Origin: a bacterium
Lineage (GTDB): Bacteria > Zixibacteria > MSB-5A5 > GN15 > FEB-12
Assembly: GCA_043811375.1 (NCBI GenBank)
Contig: JBDRNJ010000074.1
Span: 32,001-96,000 of the forward strand
DNA: 64,000 nucleotides
Reading direction: 5' to 3'
Shown piece by piece: positions 30,577-39,963 of the stretch; positions within the stretch are counted from its first letter, which is position 1; every line of letters begins with the position of its first letter. The position numbers and the translations under genes are program-made. The notes below the pieces were generated by a model. It searched no databases. It saw nothing but the letters and a program-made list of their open reading frames with translations, and was not told where the DNA came from.

Positions 30577-32994
30577 ATGAATTCGCGCATGAGAATGGTT
30601 CTGATGGCAGGTGTCTGCCTGGTCGCCGTCTTCTCTCTGGTTTGGGCGACCGGACCGGACGAACAGGCAACGGCGCCAACTGCCAACGGAAACCTGAAAG
30701 CCCTGTCTTTCAACAAGGTCACGCCGGCGCAGGTTTCCTCAAATAAAGCAGCCTTATCTATCCAGGGCGAACAAACTGCTTTCGGGGCAGCCTCAACGGA
30801 ACCGGAACCCGATTACTACTTCAGTTCCGGACGCCAGGGAGGCGATGTATTTTCCTCGGCCTTACAGATTCCCGGATACCCTTATCTGGACAGCGGTACC
30901 ACGGTCGGCTACAACCATGACTACGCTGATACCTGCGGCTCCTACCCGGAATCTTCAGCACCGGATGTCGTCTATAAGTTCACTCCGGCGGAGAGTCTGT
31001 TTGTTACCGTCGCACTCTGCCAGTCATCGTACTACACCCGGCTGACGGTCTATGAAGATTCGACCGACATGATCGCCTGCAACCGCTACAACACCTACTG
31101 CGCCACCCCCCGGTCAGCCATCGAAAACATAGAGATGTACACCGGTGTCACATACTACATGGTGGTCAGCGGCGACCATTCATCGTCGCCGAATCAGGGC
31201 GATTACGTGCTGGAGTTAACCGCCGAGCCGATGCCGGAGTACACTGACTCGGTCCGGCTGCACCCGACTCTGGCCGACAACGGCAACGGCATACTCGGCA
31301 TGGGCTATGACTTCAATAATGGCGTTGATTCCGCCCAGTTCTGGTTCGGTTCCGCCGATGACGGCGCCAGTTGGCCGGCTGGTGGTAGTTTTACTTTGGC
31401 TGGATGGACCAAGTATCCCAGCCTTGATTACCAGGGTTTTGACACCATGTTCTTCGGCACCTGTGTCCCCCATGCCGCTGAAGCCAATGGCGCCCGCACC
31501 TGCCGGCTCACAATGCCCAACCCGCCCGGAGGTAACTGGTCACTCAGCACCTGGGGCTGGGAAAGCTATGGCTGGCACGATATGAAAATGGCCGATATCG
31601 CCTGTGACGACTCCAAAACATTCCCTCCCCCGCACGACGCTGAGTACTGCATGGGTATAATCTCAATGGTACACAGCAGTACTTATGAAGATGGGGGCCA
31701 GATAGTCGGTGATAACTCACCGCATATCTTCTACGAGGGCGATTCGTCATCGAGCGGCTGGATCGGCTGGCTCTGGGAACTCGAAGGCTGCAACTCCACC
31801 ACCATTGACATCGACAAGATCACCGGACTCTCGTACCAGGTGTTTGACTGGTGGAACCCTGACTCCAGTCGCTGGGAACTGGTGATCTGGCGCAACTATT
31901 TCAGGGATATGAACAATGCCACCTGGGATGCCGCCCTGGTATACAACCTTGATTCTAACGAGTATGCTCAGAACCCGGCCGTTGCCGTCCACGACGGCAG
32001 CATTGTCATCGCCACTGAGCACACGGTTGGTACTGACACTTCTGACCACGATATCATCTGCTGGCACGACCCGGAAGACACCAGTGGTATGTCTGTACTC
32101 AGCATCAGCACGATTGTCGCCACTGCTGACGATGAACGTTACCCGCGGATGTCTCACGTTTCCGGCAGCACTTTCGTGTGCACCTATGTCGCCAACAACC
32201 AACTGTACATGGTCATCAGCGAGGACGGCGGTGTCAGTTGGGGTACCCCCACGGTAATGAGCGGCAGCGACCACGTGGTTTCAGAGTACCGTTCGCATGA
32301 CATCGGCGAAAAAGGCGGGAAACTCATCTGGGAATATCAGCCCGGCCTGCCCGGTGACACCAGCATATTCGTGCATATTGACACCACCGGCCTGGTGATG
32401 GACTCCGACGGTGACGGCGTTAATGATGACGTCGACAATTGCCCGCTGGTCTTCAACCCCGGCCAGGAAGACGCTGACGGTGACACCATCGGTAATGCCT
32501 GTGACACATGCACCGATACCGACGGCGACGGCTACGGCAATCCCGGCTACGCCGCCAATACTTGCCCGGACGATAATTGCCCGACCATAGTCAACCCCGG
32601 CCAGGAGGACGCTGACGGGGACGGTATCGGCGACGTTTGTGACGACTGCACCGACACCGACGGCGACGGCTACGGCAATCCCGGCTATGCCGCCAACACC
32701 TGTCCGGATGATAACTGCCCCGATACGGCCAATGTCGACCAGGCTGATACCGACAGCGACGGCGTCGGCGATGCCTGTTGCTGCACCGTTCCCGGCAATG
32801 CTGATGATGAGGGAACACTGGTCGAGGTAAGCGACCTTACATATGTCGTATCGTACCTGTTCCAGAGCGGGCCGGCACCACCCTGCCCCTCCCAGGGCGA
32901 TGCCGATGGTAGTGGCTTTGTAGACGTCGCCGACCTGACTTATTTAGTCACCTATTTGTTCCAGGGTGGACCGCCACCGCTACCATGCCCGTAA
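30577..32994 (+). CDS. Secreted multidomain protein with Asp-box-like motifs, thrombospondin type-3 repeats and a C-terminal dockerin-like domain
   Basis: Signal peptide; SADDGASW and SEDGGVSW; DxDGDGxxDxxDNCP repeats; duplicated DLTYxVxYLFQxGPxP. Confidence 0.85.
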   Translation: MNSRMRMVLMAGVCLVAVFSLVWATGPDEQATAPTANGNLKALSFNKVTPAQVSSNKAALSIQGEQTAFGAASTEPEPDYYFSSGRQGGDVFSSALQIPGYPYLDSGTTVGYNHDYADTCGSYPESSAPDVVYKFTPAESLFVTVALCQSSYYTRLTVYEDSTDMIACNRYNTYCATPRSAIENIEMYTGVTYYMVVSGDHSSSPNQGDYVLELTAEPMPEYTDSVRLHPTLADNGNGILGMGYDFNNGVDSAQFWFGSADDGASWPAGGSFTLAGWTKYPSLDYQGFDTMFFGTCVPHAAEANGARTCRLTMPNPPGGNWSLSTWGWESYGWHDMKMADIACDDSKTFPPPHDAEYCMGIISMVHSSTYEDGGQIVGDNSPHIFYEGDSSSSGWIGWLWELEGCNSTTIDIDKITGLSYQVFDWWNPDSSRWELVIWRNYFRDMNNATWDAALVYNLDSNEYAQNPAVAVHDGSIVIATEHTVGTDTSDHDIICWHDPEDTSGMSVLSISTIVATADDERYPRMSHVSGSTFVCTYVANNQLYMVISEDGGVSWGTPTVMSGSDHVVSEYRSHDIGEKGGKLIWEYQPGLPGDTSIFVHIDTTGLVMDSDGDGVNDDVDNCPLVFNPGQEDADGDTIGNACDTCTDTDGDGYGNPGYAANTCPDDNCPTIVNPGQEDADGDGIGDVCDDCTDTDGDGYGNPGYAANTCPDDNCPDTANVDQADTDSDGVGDACCCTVPGNADDEGTLVEVSDLTYVVSYLFQSGPAPPCPSQGDADGSGFVDVADLTYLVTYLFQGGPPPLPCP
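32453..32728 (+). repeat. 138-bp (46-aa) tandem coding duplication within the TSP3 region
   Basis: Units start at 32453 and 32591; both encode NPGQEDADGD..G..CD.CTDTDGDGYGNPGYAANTCPDDNCP. Confidence 0.9.
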
Positions 32995-33019
32995 ACAAAG
33001 CTTCTGATCTGCTTTGATG

Positions 33020-33058
33020 AAAAAAACGGAGCCTCTCTAAAGAGAGGCTCCGTTTTTT
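33020..33058. terminator. Bidirectional Rho-independent terminator
   Basis: A7-CGGAGCCTCTCT-aa-AGAGAGGCTCCG-T6 between convergent genes. Confidence 0.92.
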
Positions 33059-33154
33059 ACTAATTGTCTGATAGGCGGCGAACGGTCAGCACACCTTAGC
33101 CAGTACTACCAACCCGGCTCAGCCGGTCGGCTATAACAGTTCAGTGGTCAACGA

Positions 33155-33409
33155 CTAACCCAGCTTGCTGACGAATTGAGCCTGGCGAGCCTTATTACGG
33201 TCGGCGTTCCGGCGGTGGATCAGGTGGGCGGCGGCCGCCTTGTCCAACAGAGAGCTTACCACACGGTACTTGCGCTGTGCTTGATCTTTGTCTGTCTCGC
33301 TGCGCAACTCTTTCAATGCCACGCGCAGGCGTGAGCGCAGAGCTCTGTTTCGGAGGCGCTGCTCTGAGGAAGTCTTCATCCTCTTGGAGCAAGATTTATG
33401 AGTTGGCAA
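33155..33409 (-). CDS. rpsT: 30S ribosomal protein S20
   Basis: PTHKSCSKRMKTS..RLRNR...LDKAA...IHRRNADRNKAR; TTG start. Confidence 0.95.
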   Translation of the reverse strand: MPTHKSCSKRMKTSSEQRLRNRALRSRLRVALKELRSETDKDQAQRKYRVVSSLLDKAAAAHLIHRRNADRNKARQAQFVSKLG

Positions 33410-33434
33410 AATCGAACCCTTTCCATATTATCAT

Positions 33435-35045
33435 TTGCTGGTAAATATAATCGGCACTTTGAATATGTCAATAGACAAGGTTAAAACCAGTTCTTTAATC
33501 GGTTCGGCCGGTACCATGTCCGCCGCCACCGCCTTCTCCCGAATCCTGGGGTTGATTCGCGAACAGGTTATGGCCTACTTCTTCGGTGCCGGACTGGCTA
33601 CCGACGCTTTTGTGACTGCCTTCCGAATTCCCAATCTACTGCGGGATATGTTCGCTGAGGGAGCTCTCTCATCTGCTTTTGTGCCGGTTTTCAAGGAGAA
33701 GATGGTCACCGAATCCAACCGGGAAGCCTTCCTGCTGGGCAACACCGTATTCACGGCTCTGCTGCTGGTGGTGGGACTGCTGGTACTGTTGGGGATCGTG
33801 GCCGCACCGGTTGTTATCTACTTGTTTGCTAACGGCTTTACAGCCGACCCCGCCAAGTTCGATCTGACCGTCAACATGACCAGAATCATGTTCCCTTATC
33901 TGTTGCTGGTGTCGGTTTCCGCCCTGATTATGGGAATGCTCAATTCATTCGGACGTTTCGGCATACCGGCCATAGCCCCGGCCATGTTTAATGTTGGCAC
34001 TGTCGCCACCGTGATATTGCTCTATAACCACTTTCAGCAACCGGCCTATACTCTGGCAATCGGCGTTATGCTGGGCGGCGCGGCCCAGGCAGCCGTCCAG
34101 TTACCGGCCCTGTGGCGCATCGGCTTTCGCTTCCGATTGCGGATAAACTTCCTTGACGAGAGCCTCAAAAAAGTGGGGCGGCTTCTGCTGCCTATGATAA
34201 TCGGCATGTCTGCCGGACGGATCAACATCCTGATAACCACGCTGGTGGCTTCATTCCTGATGGAAGGTTCCATCTCGTATCTCAACTACTCCTACCGTTT
34301 GATATTTTTCCCTATGGGCGTCTTTGCGGTAGCGCTGGGCACCGCCGCCCTGCCCCGAGTCTCGGAGATGGTAACCCGGCGGGACTGGGCGGGACTGCAA
34401 AGTACATACCTGGAAACAATCAACCTCAACATGTTCGTGGTCATCCCATCCGCCTTTTTCCTGGCCCTGTTGGGACCACAGGTAGTCAACCTCATTTATG
34501 CCTGGGGCGCTTTCTCTCAGTTGGATGCGCTGCACACCGCCAAAGCCCTGCTGCATTATTCATACGGCCTGGTCGGCCTGGCGGCGGCCCGGGTGACGGT
34601 ACCGTTTTTCTATGCCTCGGGCGACTCGAAACTGCCCATGCGGTTCACCATGATAGCGGTTGCGGTCAACATGGCGCTGTACTATCCCATGATCAAATTG
34701 CTGGATTTTGCCGGTCTGGCGGCGGCGACGTCAGTTAGCGGTATCGTCAATTTCATCCTCCTGATATATTACCTGCCCTCCAAGGGTATTATCCTGCCCT
34801 GGGGTCGGCTGGGACTCAACTTCCTCAGGATTGGCGTTTGCTCCGGGCTGGCCTTCCATGCCGCGCTGCTGCTGCCATACCAGCCGGCGGCCGATTTGTC
34901 TCCGGTCATCCATCGCCTGCTTCAACTACTGGTGCCGGCTGCCACCGCGGCGGTGCTGTACCTGTTCTTATGTCTGGTGCTGCGTGTGCCCGAAGTCAGG
35001 CGCCTGACGGGCTGGCTGCGCAGAAAATCGCCGCCTGAGCCATGA
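33435..35045 (+). CDS. murJ: Lipid II flippase MurJ
   Basis: SRILGLIRE, AFRIPNLLRDMFAEGALSSAFVPVF; the true start may be the ATG at 33465. Confidence 0.96.
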   Translation: MLVNIIGTLNMSIDKVKTSSLIGSAGTMSAATAFSRILGLIREQVMAYFFGAGLATDAFVTAFRIPNLLRDMFAEGALSSAFVPVFKEKMVTESNREAFLLGNTVFTALLLVVGLLVLLGIVAAPVVIYLFANGFTADPAKFDLTVNMTRIMFPYLLLVSVSALIMGMLNSFGRFGIPAIAPAMFNVGTVATVILLYNHFQQPAYTLAIGVMLGGAAQAAVQLPALWRIGFRFRLRINFLDESLKKVGRLLLPMIIGMSAGRINILITTLVASFLMEGSISYLNYSYRLIFFPMGVFAVALGTAALPRVSEMVTRRDWAGLQSTYLETINLNMFVVIPSAFFLALLGPQVVNLIYAWGAFSQLDALHTAKALLHYSYGLVGLAAARVTVPFFYASGDSKLPMRFTMIAVAVNMALYYPMIKLLDFAGLAAATSVSGIVNFILLIYYLPSKGIILPWGRLGLNFLRIGVCSGLAFHAALLLPYQPAADLSPVIHRLLQLLVPAATAAVLYLFLCLVLRVPEVRRLTGWLRRKSPPEP

Positions 35046-37321
35046 TCCGCCGGTACCCCAGCCTGCTGCTGCTGGTTTTTGTTATAGCCGGCATTATTAT
35101 CTCCGACCAGACGCGTTTACCGAGCTGGACCTTCCTGGCCGCCAGCCTGATCTGCTGTCTGGCCGGTCTACTGTCCCTGACGAAGCCCAGTCAGCGCAGG
35201 TCGGTCATCCTGCTGGTCGCCAGTCTGATGTTTTTTGCCGCCTTCAATTTTGCCTCCCGTCTCTACGATGTCGGACCATACCACATTTCACGTTCATTCG
35301 AAGATGGCCGGCGCTACCACATCTATGGCCGGGTTTGTGACTGGCCGGACCTGAAGACCAACCGGACGGAAATTAAAATCGCCCTGGATTCTCTGGGCGA
35401 TGACGTCATCCGCCGGGCTGACGGCAAAATCATGCTGAAACTGAGCGACACTACCACTGCCCTGCAACGTGGAGACCGGATCGAGCTCCAGGGTCGGATA
35501 TATCGGCTCAAGGGCAGCAGTATGCCGGGCAAGTTCGACTACCGACGATATCTCAATCTGAGGGGTGTGTTCGGTATTGTCTACCTGCCGACCCTGTTGG
35601 ATGTCCGCATTGATAAAGCCAATCGTTATGGGCTGTTTGGAGTAGTGGACAAGTTAAGAACAGCCATCCGCGACAGTTTCTATCGCAACCTGTCACCCAC
35701 GGCGGCAGCCCTGGCCGCGGGCTTTCTGATCGGTGAAACACGGAACATACCTGCCACCATATATCGCCAGTTCCGCGATACCGGGACCATGCATCTGCTG
35801 GCCGTTTCCGGTTCCAACGTCGCTTTGGTGGTCCTGGCCTTTGTGTTCCTCCTGCGGCCGCTGCGCCTGTCACCCCGGCGCCGGGCGGTCGCCCTGTTGG
35901 TGGTCGTCTTTGTCTTCGCTCTCCTTTCTTACGGCGAACCTTCGGTCGTGCGGGCTTCCGTCATGGCAGCGCTGGTAATCGGGGCACGTTTCCTTCAGAG
36001 ACGTATCGACCTTAACAATACTATTGCCGCCACCGCCCTGATTATCCTGCTGCTGCAACCGGCACAACTGTTCGATGTCGGCTTTCAGCTTTCCTTCGTT
36101 ACCGCCTGGGGTTTGATATTTCTGACTCCCAGATTAGCCGCACCGTTCAAACGTTATCATTCCCGCCGCTGGTATCGATGGCTGGTCTTTCCTCTGCTGA
36201 TTTCACTGGTAGCACAGGTTTGCTCCGCGCCCCTGATTGTACTCTACTTCCATCGCCTGCCAATCATCTCGGTGGTGGCCAACCTGATTATTGTACCACT
36301 GGTGTCGGTAGCCGTCATCGGAGTAATACTGCTGTTGGTAGCTCACCTGATATGGCCGTTGCTGGGACTGCTGGTCGGATCAATACAAAATCAACTGCTG
36401 ATGTTGATTGTGCTGCTCCTCTCGGGACTCGGTGCCGAACAGATACCTTTGCTCAAGATCAGTGATATTCCACCGGTAGCTGTAGTGCTGTTCTATGTTT
36501 TCCTCGTTCTGTCGGTAGTATCCCTGAGGTCGAAACCTGTACGACGAGTGCTGCTGCTGTCAATCATGGTTGTGATTAATATGGCCCTGGTCACGAGCGT
36601 AGTGACTACCCGGCAACAACCACCCCGGACGGATATCCATGTCTTCGGGCTACCGGGAGGGACCGGCGCCGTAATCAGACAGAACGGAAACGAGGCCGAC
36701 CTGATCGTCACCGGCCTGGCAGGGCGGGATTACCCGGTCGATGAACAGATCCTGCTCCCCCTGTTGGAAGGACTCCAAACAGATCGACTCCGTTTCCTGG
36801 TGACCGTTGCCGCAGATTACGACGCCGCCGATGACCTGATCCGCCTGGCACGAAAACTTCATGTCCAAACCATCTATGCCGCAGCCGACCTCGAGCAGGT
36901 ATTCGCCGACATTGTTCATTTCGACCCCGACGGGCAATCCGTAGAGATCATCAGGTGGCGTACCAACCGGCTCACTGTCGACCGTCCCGGCTACCATTGT
37001 ATTGATGAGGGTCTGCTGGCCAATTTCGGGACAACCGCAGTCCTGTTTGCCGACCGCCTGAACCCACAGCAGGTGACAATGATTCCTCGCGCACCTGACC
37101 AGACTCTTCTCGTCTGTGCCCAATTCACCTCACCGAAAACCGATACTTCATCGTGGGCCGATCGGTTCGAGGCGGCGTCGACCGTACACCGGCTGCTGGC
37201 CGTAATCCCCCCCGGACAGGACACTCCGGGTCCTGTCTATGATTTGAACAGGGTCGGTGCCGTCCGGATAGACCTCTGGCCCGATGATCCGGCGGCCATG
37301 AAGGTAATCCCCCTGCCCTGA
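35042..37321 (+). CDS. comEC: DNA uptake protein ComEC/Rec2
   Basis: OB-like domain with PGKFDYRRYL, HLLAVSGSNV, PSVVRA and GFQLSF; degenerate C-terminal MBL-like region. Confidence 0.92.
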   Translation: MIRRYPSLLLLVFVIAGIIISDQTRLPSWTFLAASLICCLAGLLSLTKPSQRRSVILLVASLMFFAAFNFASRLYDVGPYHISRSFEDGRRYHIYGRVCDWPDLKTNRTEIKIALDSLGDDVIRRADGKIMLKLSDTTTALQRGDRIELQGRIYRLKGSSMPGKFDYRRYLNLRGVFGIVYLPTLLDVRIDKANRYGLFGVVDKLRTAIRDSFYRNLSPTAAALAAGFLIGETRNIPATIYRQFRDTGTMHLLAVSGSNVALVVLAFVFLLRPLRLSPRRRAVALLVVVFVFALLSYGEPSVVRASVMAALVIGARFLQRRIDLNNTIAATALIILLLQPAQLFDVGFQLSFVTAWGLIFLTPRLAAPFKRYHSRRWYRWLVFPLLISLVAQVCSAPLIVLYFHRLPIISVVANLIIVPLVSVAVIGVILLLVAHLIWPLLGLLVGSIQNQLLMLIVLLLSGLGAEQIPLLKISDIPPVAVVLFYVFLVLSVVSLRSKPVRRVLLLSIMVVINMALVTSVVTTRQQPPRTDIHVFGLPGGTGAVIRQNGNEADLIVTGLAGRDYPVDEQILLPLLEGLQTDRLRFLVTVAADYDAADDLIRLARKLHVQTIYAAADLEQVFADIVHFDPDGQSVEIIRWRTNRLTVDRPGYHCIDEGLLANFGTTAVLFADRLNPQQVTMIPRAPDQTLLVCAQFTSPKTDTSSWADRFEAASTVHRLLAVIPPGQDTPGPVYDLNRVGAVRIDLWPDDPAAMKVIPLP

Positions 37322-37329
37322 TTTAGACG

Positions 37330-37357
37330 TCAAGTAAGACGTCCCCCCGCCCGATAA
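37330..37357 (+). promoter_or_regulatory. Sigma28-like promoter upstream of the DUF4388 gene
   Basis: TCAA-N16-CCCGATAA; same spacing as the site upstream of pilT. Confidence 0.5.
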
Positions 37358-37429
37358 TGAAAATGATAAGGAACAACCCCGCTCTGCGGGAATAACCACG
37401 AATCGTATTGCGTTTTCGAGAGGTCTGGT

Positions 37430-38629
37430 ATGAGTCTATCCGGTAACCTGAAAACGGTTTCCTTCCCCGATATCCTGCAACTGTTGTCCACCGGCAAGAA
37501 AAGCGGTGTGCTGGAACTGAAGACAGCCACCCGCCAGAAAGAGGTAGCCTTCAAAGAGGGCAATATCGTCTATGCCTCCTCCATCAATTCCTCAGAGGAT
37601 CTGCTGGGCAACATGCTGCTCAAACGGGGTCGCATTTCCAAAAGCGACCTGGAGCGGGCTATCACCCTCCACAAGCAAACCGGTCGGCAGTTGGGCACCA
37701 CCCTCATCGACATGAACCTGTTTGATAAAAGCGACATTACCGAATGCCTTAAGCTGCAGATAGAAGAAATCGTGTATAACCTGTTTTCATGGAAGGAAGG
37801 CAACTTCGTCTTTCACGAGGGAACCTCTCCCAAAAACGTTCCCTTCCATGTGGAACTGATCACCATGAACGTCATCATGGAGGGAACCCGGCGCATCGAC
37901 GAATGGCTCGAAATCCAAAAAATCCTTCCCCCGGATGACGTGTTGCTGGCTATTGTCAGATCACCCAAAATCAACCGTGAGGAAATCGTTTTCTCGCTCG
38001 ACGAGTTCCGAATGCTGGCTCTGATCAATGGGGAACGCACCCTGCCTGATTTGATCAACCTGTCAACTATGGGCGAGTTCGTTACCAGTCGGGCAGTGTA
38101 CCGTCTGATGCTCAACAAATTGGTGGAAGTCGCCGGCAAACAAGTCGAGGAAGTCCAGGAAGAAGATGAAGAGGAAATAATTCTGCGCCTGGTTTTTGAT
38201 CTGTACAATCACTGCTTCTACCAGATACAGTCCTTGTTCGAATTCAAGCTGGGAGGAGAAAACACCCGCTTTGCTTCCCTGGCTGCCCAATACCGTAGCG
38301 GACTGATGAACTACTTTCCGGGCACCGACCCCAAATCAGACATAAAACCCTCCTTCGACAAATTTCTCACCGCTGCCAAAGCAATCCCCTCTGCGATAAG
38401 GCTGCAGAAACTGATGTCCCAGCTGGAACAGGCTCTGGCCGAACAACTGGAATTTGTCTACCAACTGCTGGGAATAGGGACCTTCCGAGAAGCTGTAACC
38501 GGTGTCAAGAAAGAGATATCAGAACCGCTCGCCAAACGGCGGGAACTGGTCAAACAATATGGAATCGAAGATACATTCTACCGTACACTCAAACGTGCTG
38601 ATAGAGCCGTTAAAATGGTGCGAGGGTAA
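37430..38629 (+). CDS. DUF4388 (PatA-N/GYF-like) domain protein with an MshEN-like segment
   Basis: MSLSGNLKTVSFPDILQLL...KSGVL, LFSWKEGNFVF and IMEGTRRIDEW; LLGNMLLKRGRI and QLGTTLI repeats. Confidence 0.85.
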   Translation: MSLSGNLKTVSFPDILQLLSTGKKSGVLELKTATRQKEVAFKEGNIVYASSINSSEDLLGNMLLKRGRISKSDLERAITLHKQTGRQLGTTLIDMNLFDKSDITECLKLQIEEIVYNLFSWKEGNFVFHEGTSPKNVPFHVELITMNVIMEGTRRIDEWLEIQKILPPDDVLLAIVRSPKINREEIVFSLDEFRMLALINGERTLPDLINLSTMGEFVTSRAVYRLMLNKLVEVAGKQVEEVQEEDEEEIILRLVFDLYNHCFYQIQSLFEFKLGGENTRFASLAAQYRSGLMNYFPGTDPKSDIKPSFDKFLTAAKAIPSAIRLQKLMSQLEQALAEQLEFVYQLLGIGTFREAVTGVKKEISEPLAKRRELVKQYGIEDTFYRTLKRADRAVKMVRG

Positions 38630-38633
38630 CGAC

Positions 38634-38996
38634 ATGAAACAAGGGATTGTTCTGGGAACCGTATTTGTAATCGCTGCCGCCACACCGGCACAGGCAGCCA
38701 ATCTGGCCGTAATCACCAGTCCTCCGACACTGCTGAACTTGTTCATCCTGATCTTCGCGGTGGGCTGTCTGGCCTCATCCGCCAAGGTGATGTCTTTGGT
38801 CAGGGGTGGCCAACTCAGCCGAAGCTGGCAAATGTTCGCAGCCGGTTTTGCAGTGTTGACTATATGCCAATTAGCGATACTAAGCAGCCATCTGGAACTG
38901 ATCCTGCTGCCGTCGTTTGTCGTCCCGGGCGCACTGGTTGTCATGAGCGGGCTGTTTCTGTTCGGCATTATTGAAACCAAACGCGCACTGAGCTGA
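38634..38996 (+). CDS. Small membrane protein (signal-like segment plus ~3 TM helices)
   Basis: ATG at 38634 with a GAGGG RBS just after the DUF4388 stop; 120 aa, hydrophobic. Confidence 0.75.
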   Translation: MKQGIVLGTVFVIAAATPAQAANLAVITSPPTLLNLFILIFAVGCLASSAKVMSLVRGGQLSRSWQMFAAGFAVLTICQLAILSSHLELILLPSFVVPGALVVMSGLFLFGIIETKRALS

Positions 38997-39007
38997 CGAA
39001 GTAAAGG

Positions 39008-39036
39008 TTGACATAAGTCGCTGCGATATTTATAAT
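39008..39036 (+). promoter_or_regulatory. Perfect-consensus sigma70 promoter
   Basis: TTGACA(39008-39013)-17bp-TATAAT(39031-39036). Confidence 0.85.
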
Positions 39037-39101
39037 TATCTATTAATAAAAAGAGTGTTACCACTCAACCTATTGTCTTAAGAGTAATTACAGGGAAACC
39101 G

Positions 39102-39953
39102 ATGGCCCGCACTCACGAGTTGAAAGATAGAATTACTAAATGCGAGAAAATTCTGGAAACTGACCCCAGTTCTCAGATTTTTGCAGCTCTGGCCGACGCC
39201 CACCGCAAGAAGGGCGAGCTCGACCGAGCCTTTCGTATTTGTCAAAACGGCCTGAAAATCCATCCCTCTTACGGATCGGCGCACGTCGTCATGTCCAAAA
39301 TCAATCTTGACCGGGGTCTGTATGATTGGGCTGAAACCGAGGCACAAAAGGCCGTCAAGATCGATGGAGCTACGCGCTCAATAGAATTGCTGCTGGCTGA
39401 GATCTACCTGTACAGGGGTGAGTTCAACTCCGCCCTCAAGCTGCTTAACCGACTTCACGAAGCTGATCCCGACAATGATCAGATCAATAAAATGCTGGAT
39501 CTGGCGCACCGAATACCCGAGGAGCAGACAGTTCTAATGGGCGATCACGAATCCGAGGACACCGGGAACACCATCGTTGAGTCAATCGATACCGGCACCC
39601 GCCGGCTCAACATGTCCGAAGTTATCAGCCAGAGCGTAACTGTGGAGGGAATCGATGGTGCCCTGTTTCTCAACGGGGAGGGGTTGGTCGTCGAAGCCGA
39701 GTGGCCGCTGAAGTGGGACCAGACTGTCTGCGCCGCCACTCTGGGAAACATTGGCTCTTTGCTCGACCGGGAACCGATTCAGAACACTTTCGGCACTGCC
39801 CACAACATTCTTATCGAAACCGACGACTCGATTTTCTACATCGCCCGGGTCGCCGATGGTGTATTCATCTTCGCGGCTGCCGGCTCGACCAACCTGGGAA
39901 CGCTGCGCATGAAAATCGATAATATGCTGCTGGATTATCAGCAGTCATCATAG
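39102..39953 (+). CDS. TPR plus C-terminal Roadblock/LC7 domain protein
   Basis: N-terminal TPRs (FAALADAHRKKGELDRAFRICQNGLKIHPSY); C-terminal EGIDGALFLNGEGLVV...ILIETD...NLGTLRMKI. Confidence 0.8.
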   Translation: MARTHELKDRITKCEKILETDPSSQIFAALADAHRKKGELDRAFRICQNGLKIHPSYGSAHVVMSKINLDRGLYDWAETEAQKAVKIDGATRSIELLLAEIYLYRGEFNSALKLLNRLHEADPDNDQINKMLDLAHRIPEEQTVLMGDHESEDTGNTIVESIDTGTRRLNMSEVISQSVTVEGIDGALFLNGEGLVVEAEWPLKWDQTVCAATLGNIGSLLDREPIQNTFGTAHNILIETDDSIFYIARVADGVFIFAAAGSTNLGTLRMKIDNMLLDYQQSS

Positions 39954-39963
39954 AGGGACTATT

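Noticed and set aside
32400..32780. DNA repeats here and at 61330-61690 as mobile or DGR-type repeats
   Set aside because: They are in-frame thrombospondin type-3 coding repeats with mostly synonymous differences, not adenine-specific ones, and no reverse transcriptase is present
38502..38633. Longer 164-aa start for the small membrane protein
   Set aside because: It would overlap the DUF4388 gene by more than 120 bp; the ATG at 38634 has an RBS and starts a signal-like segment
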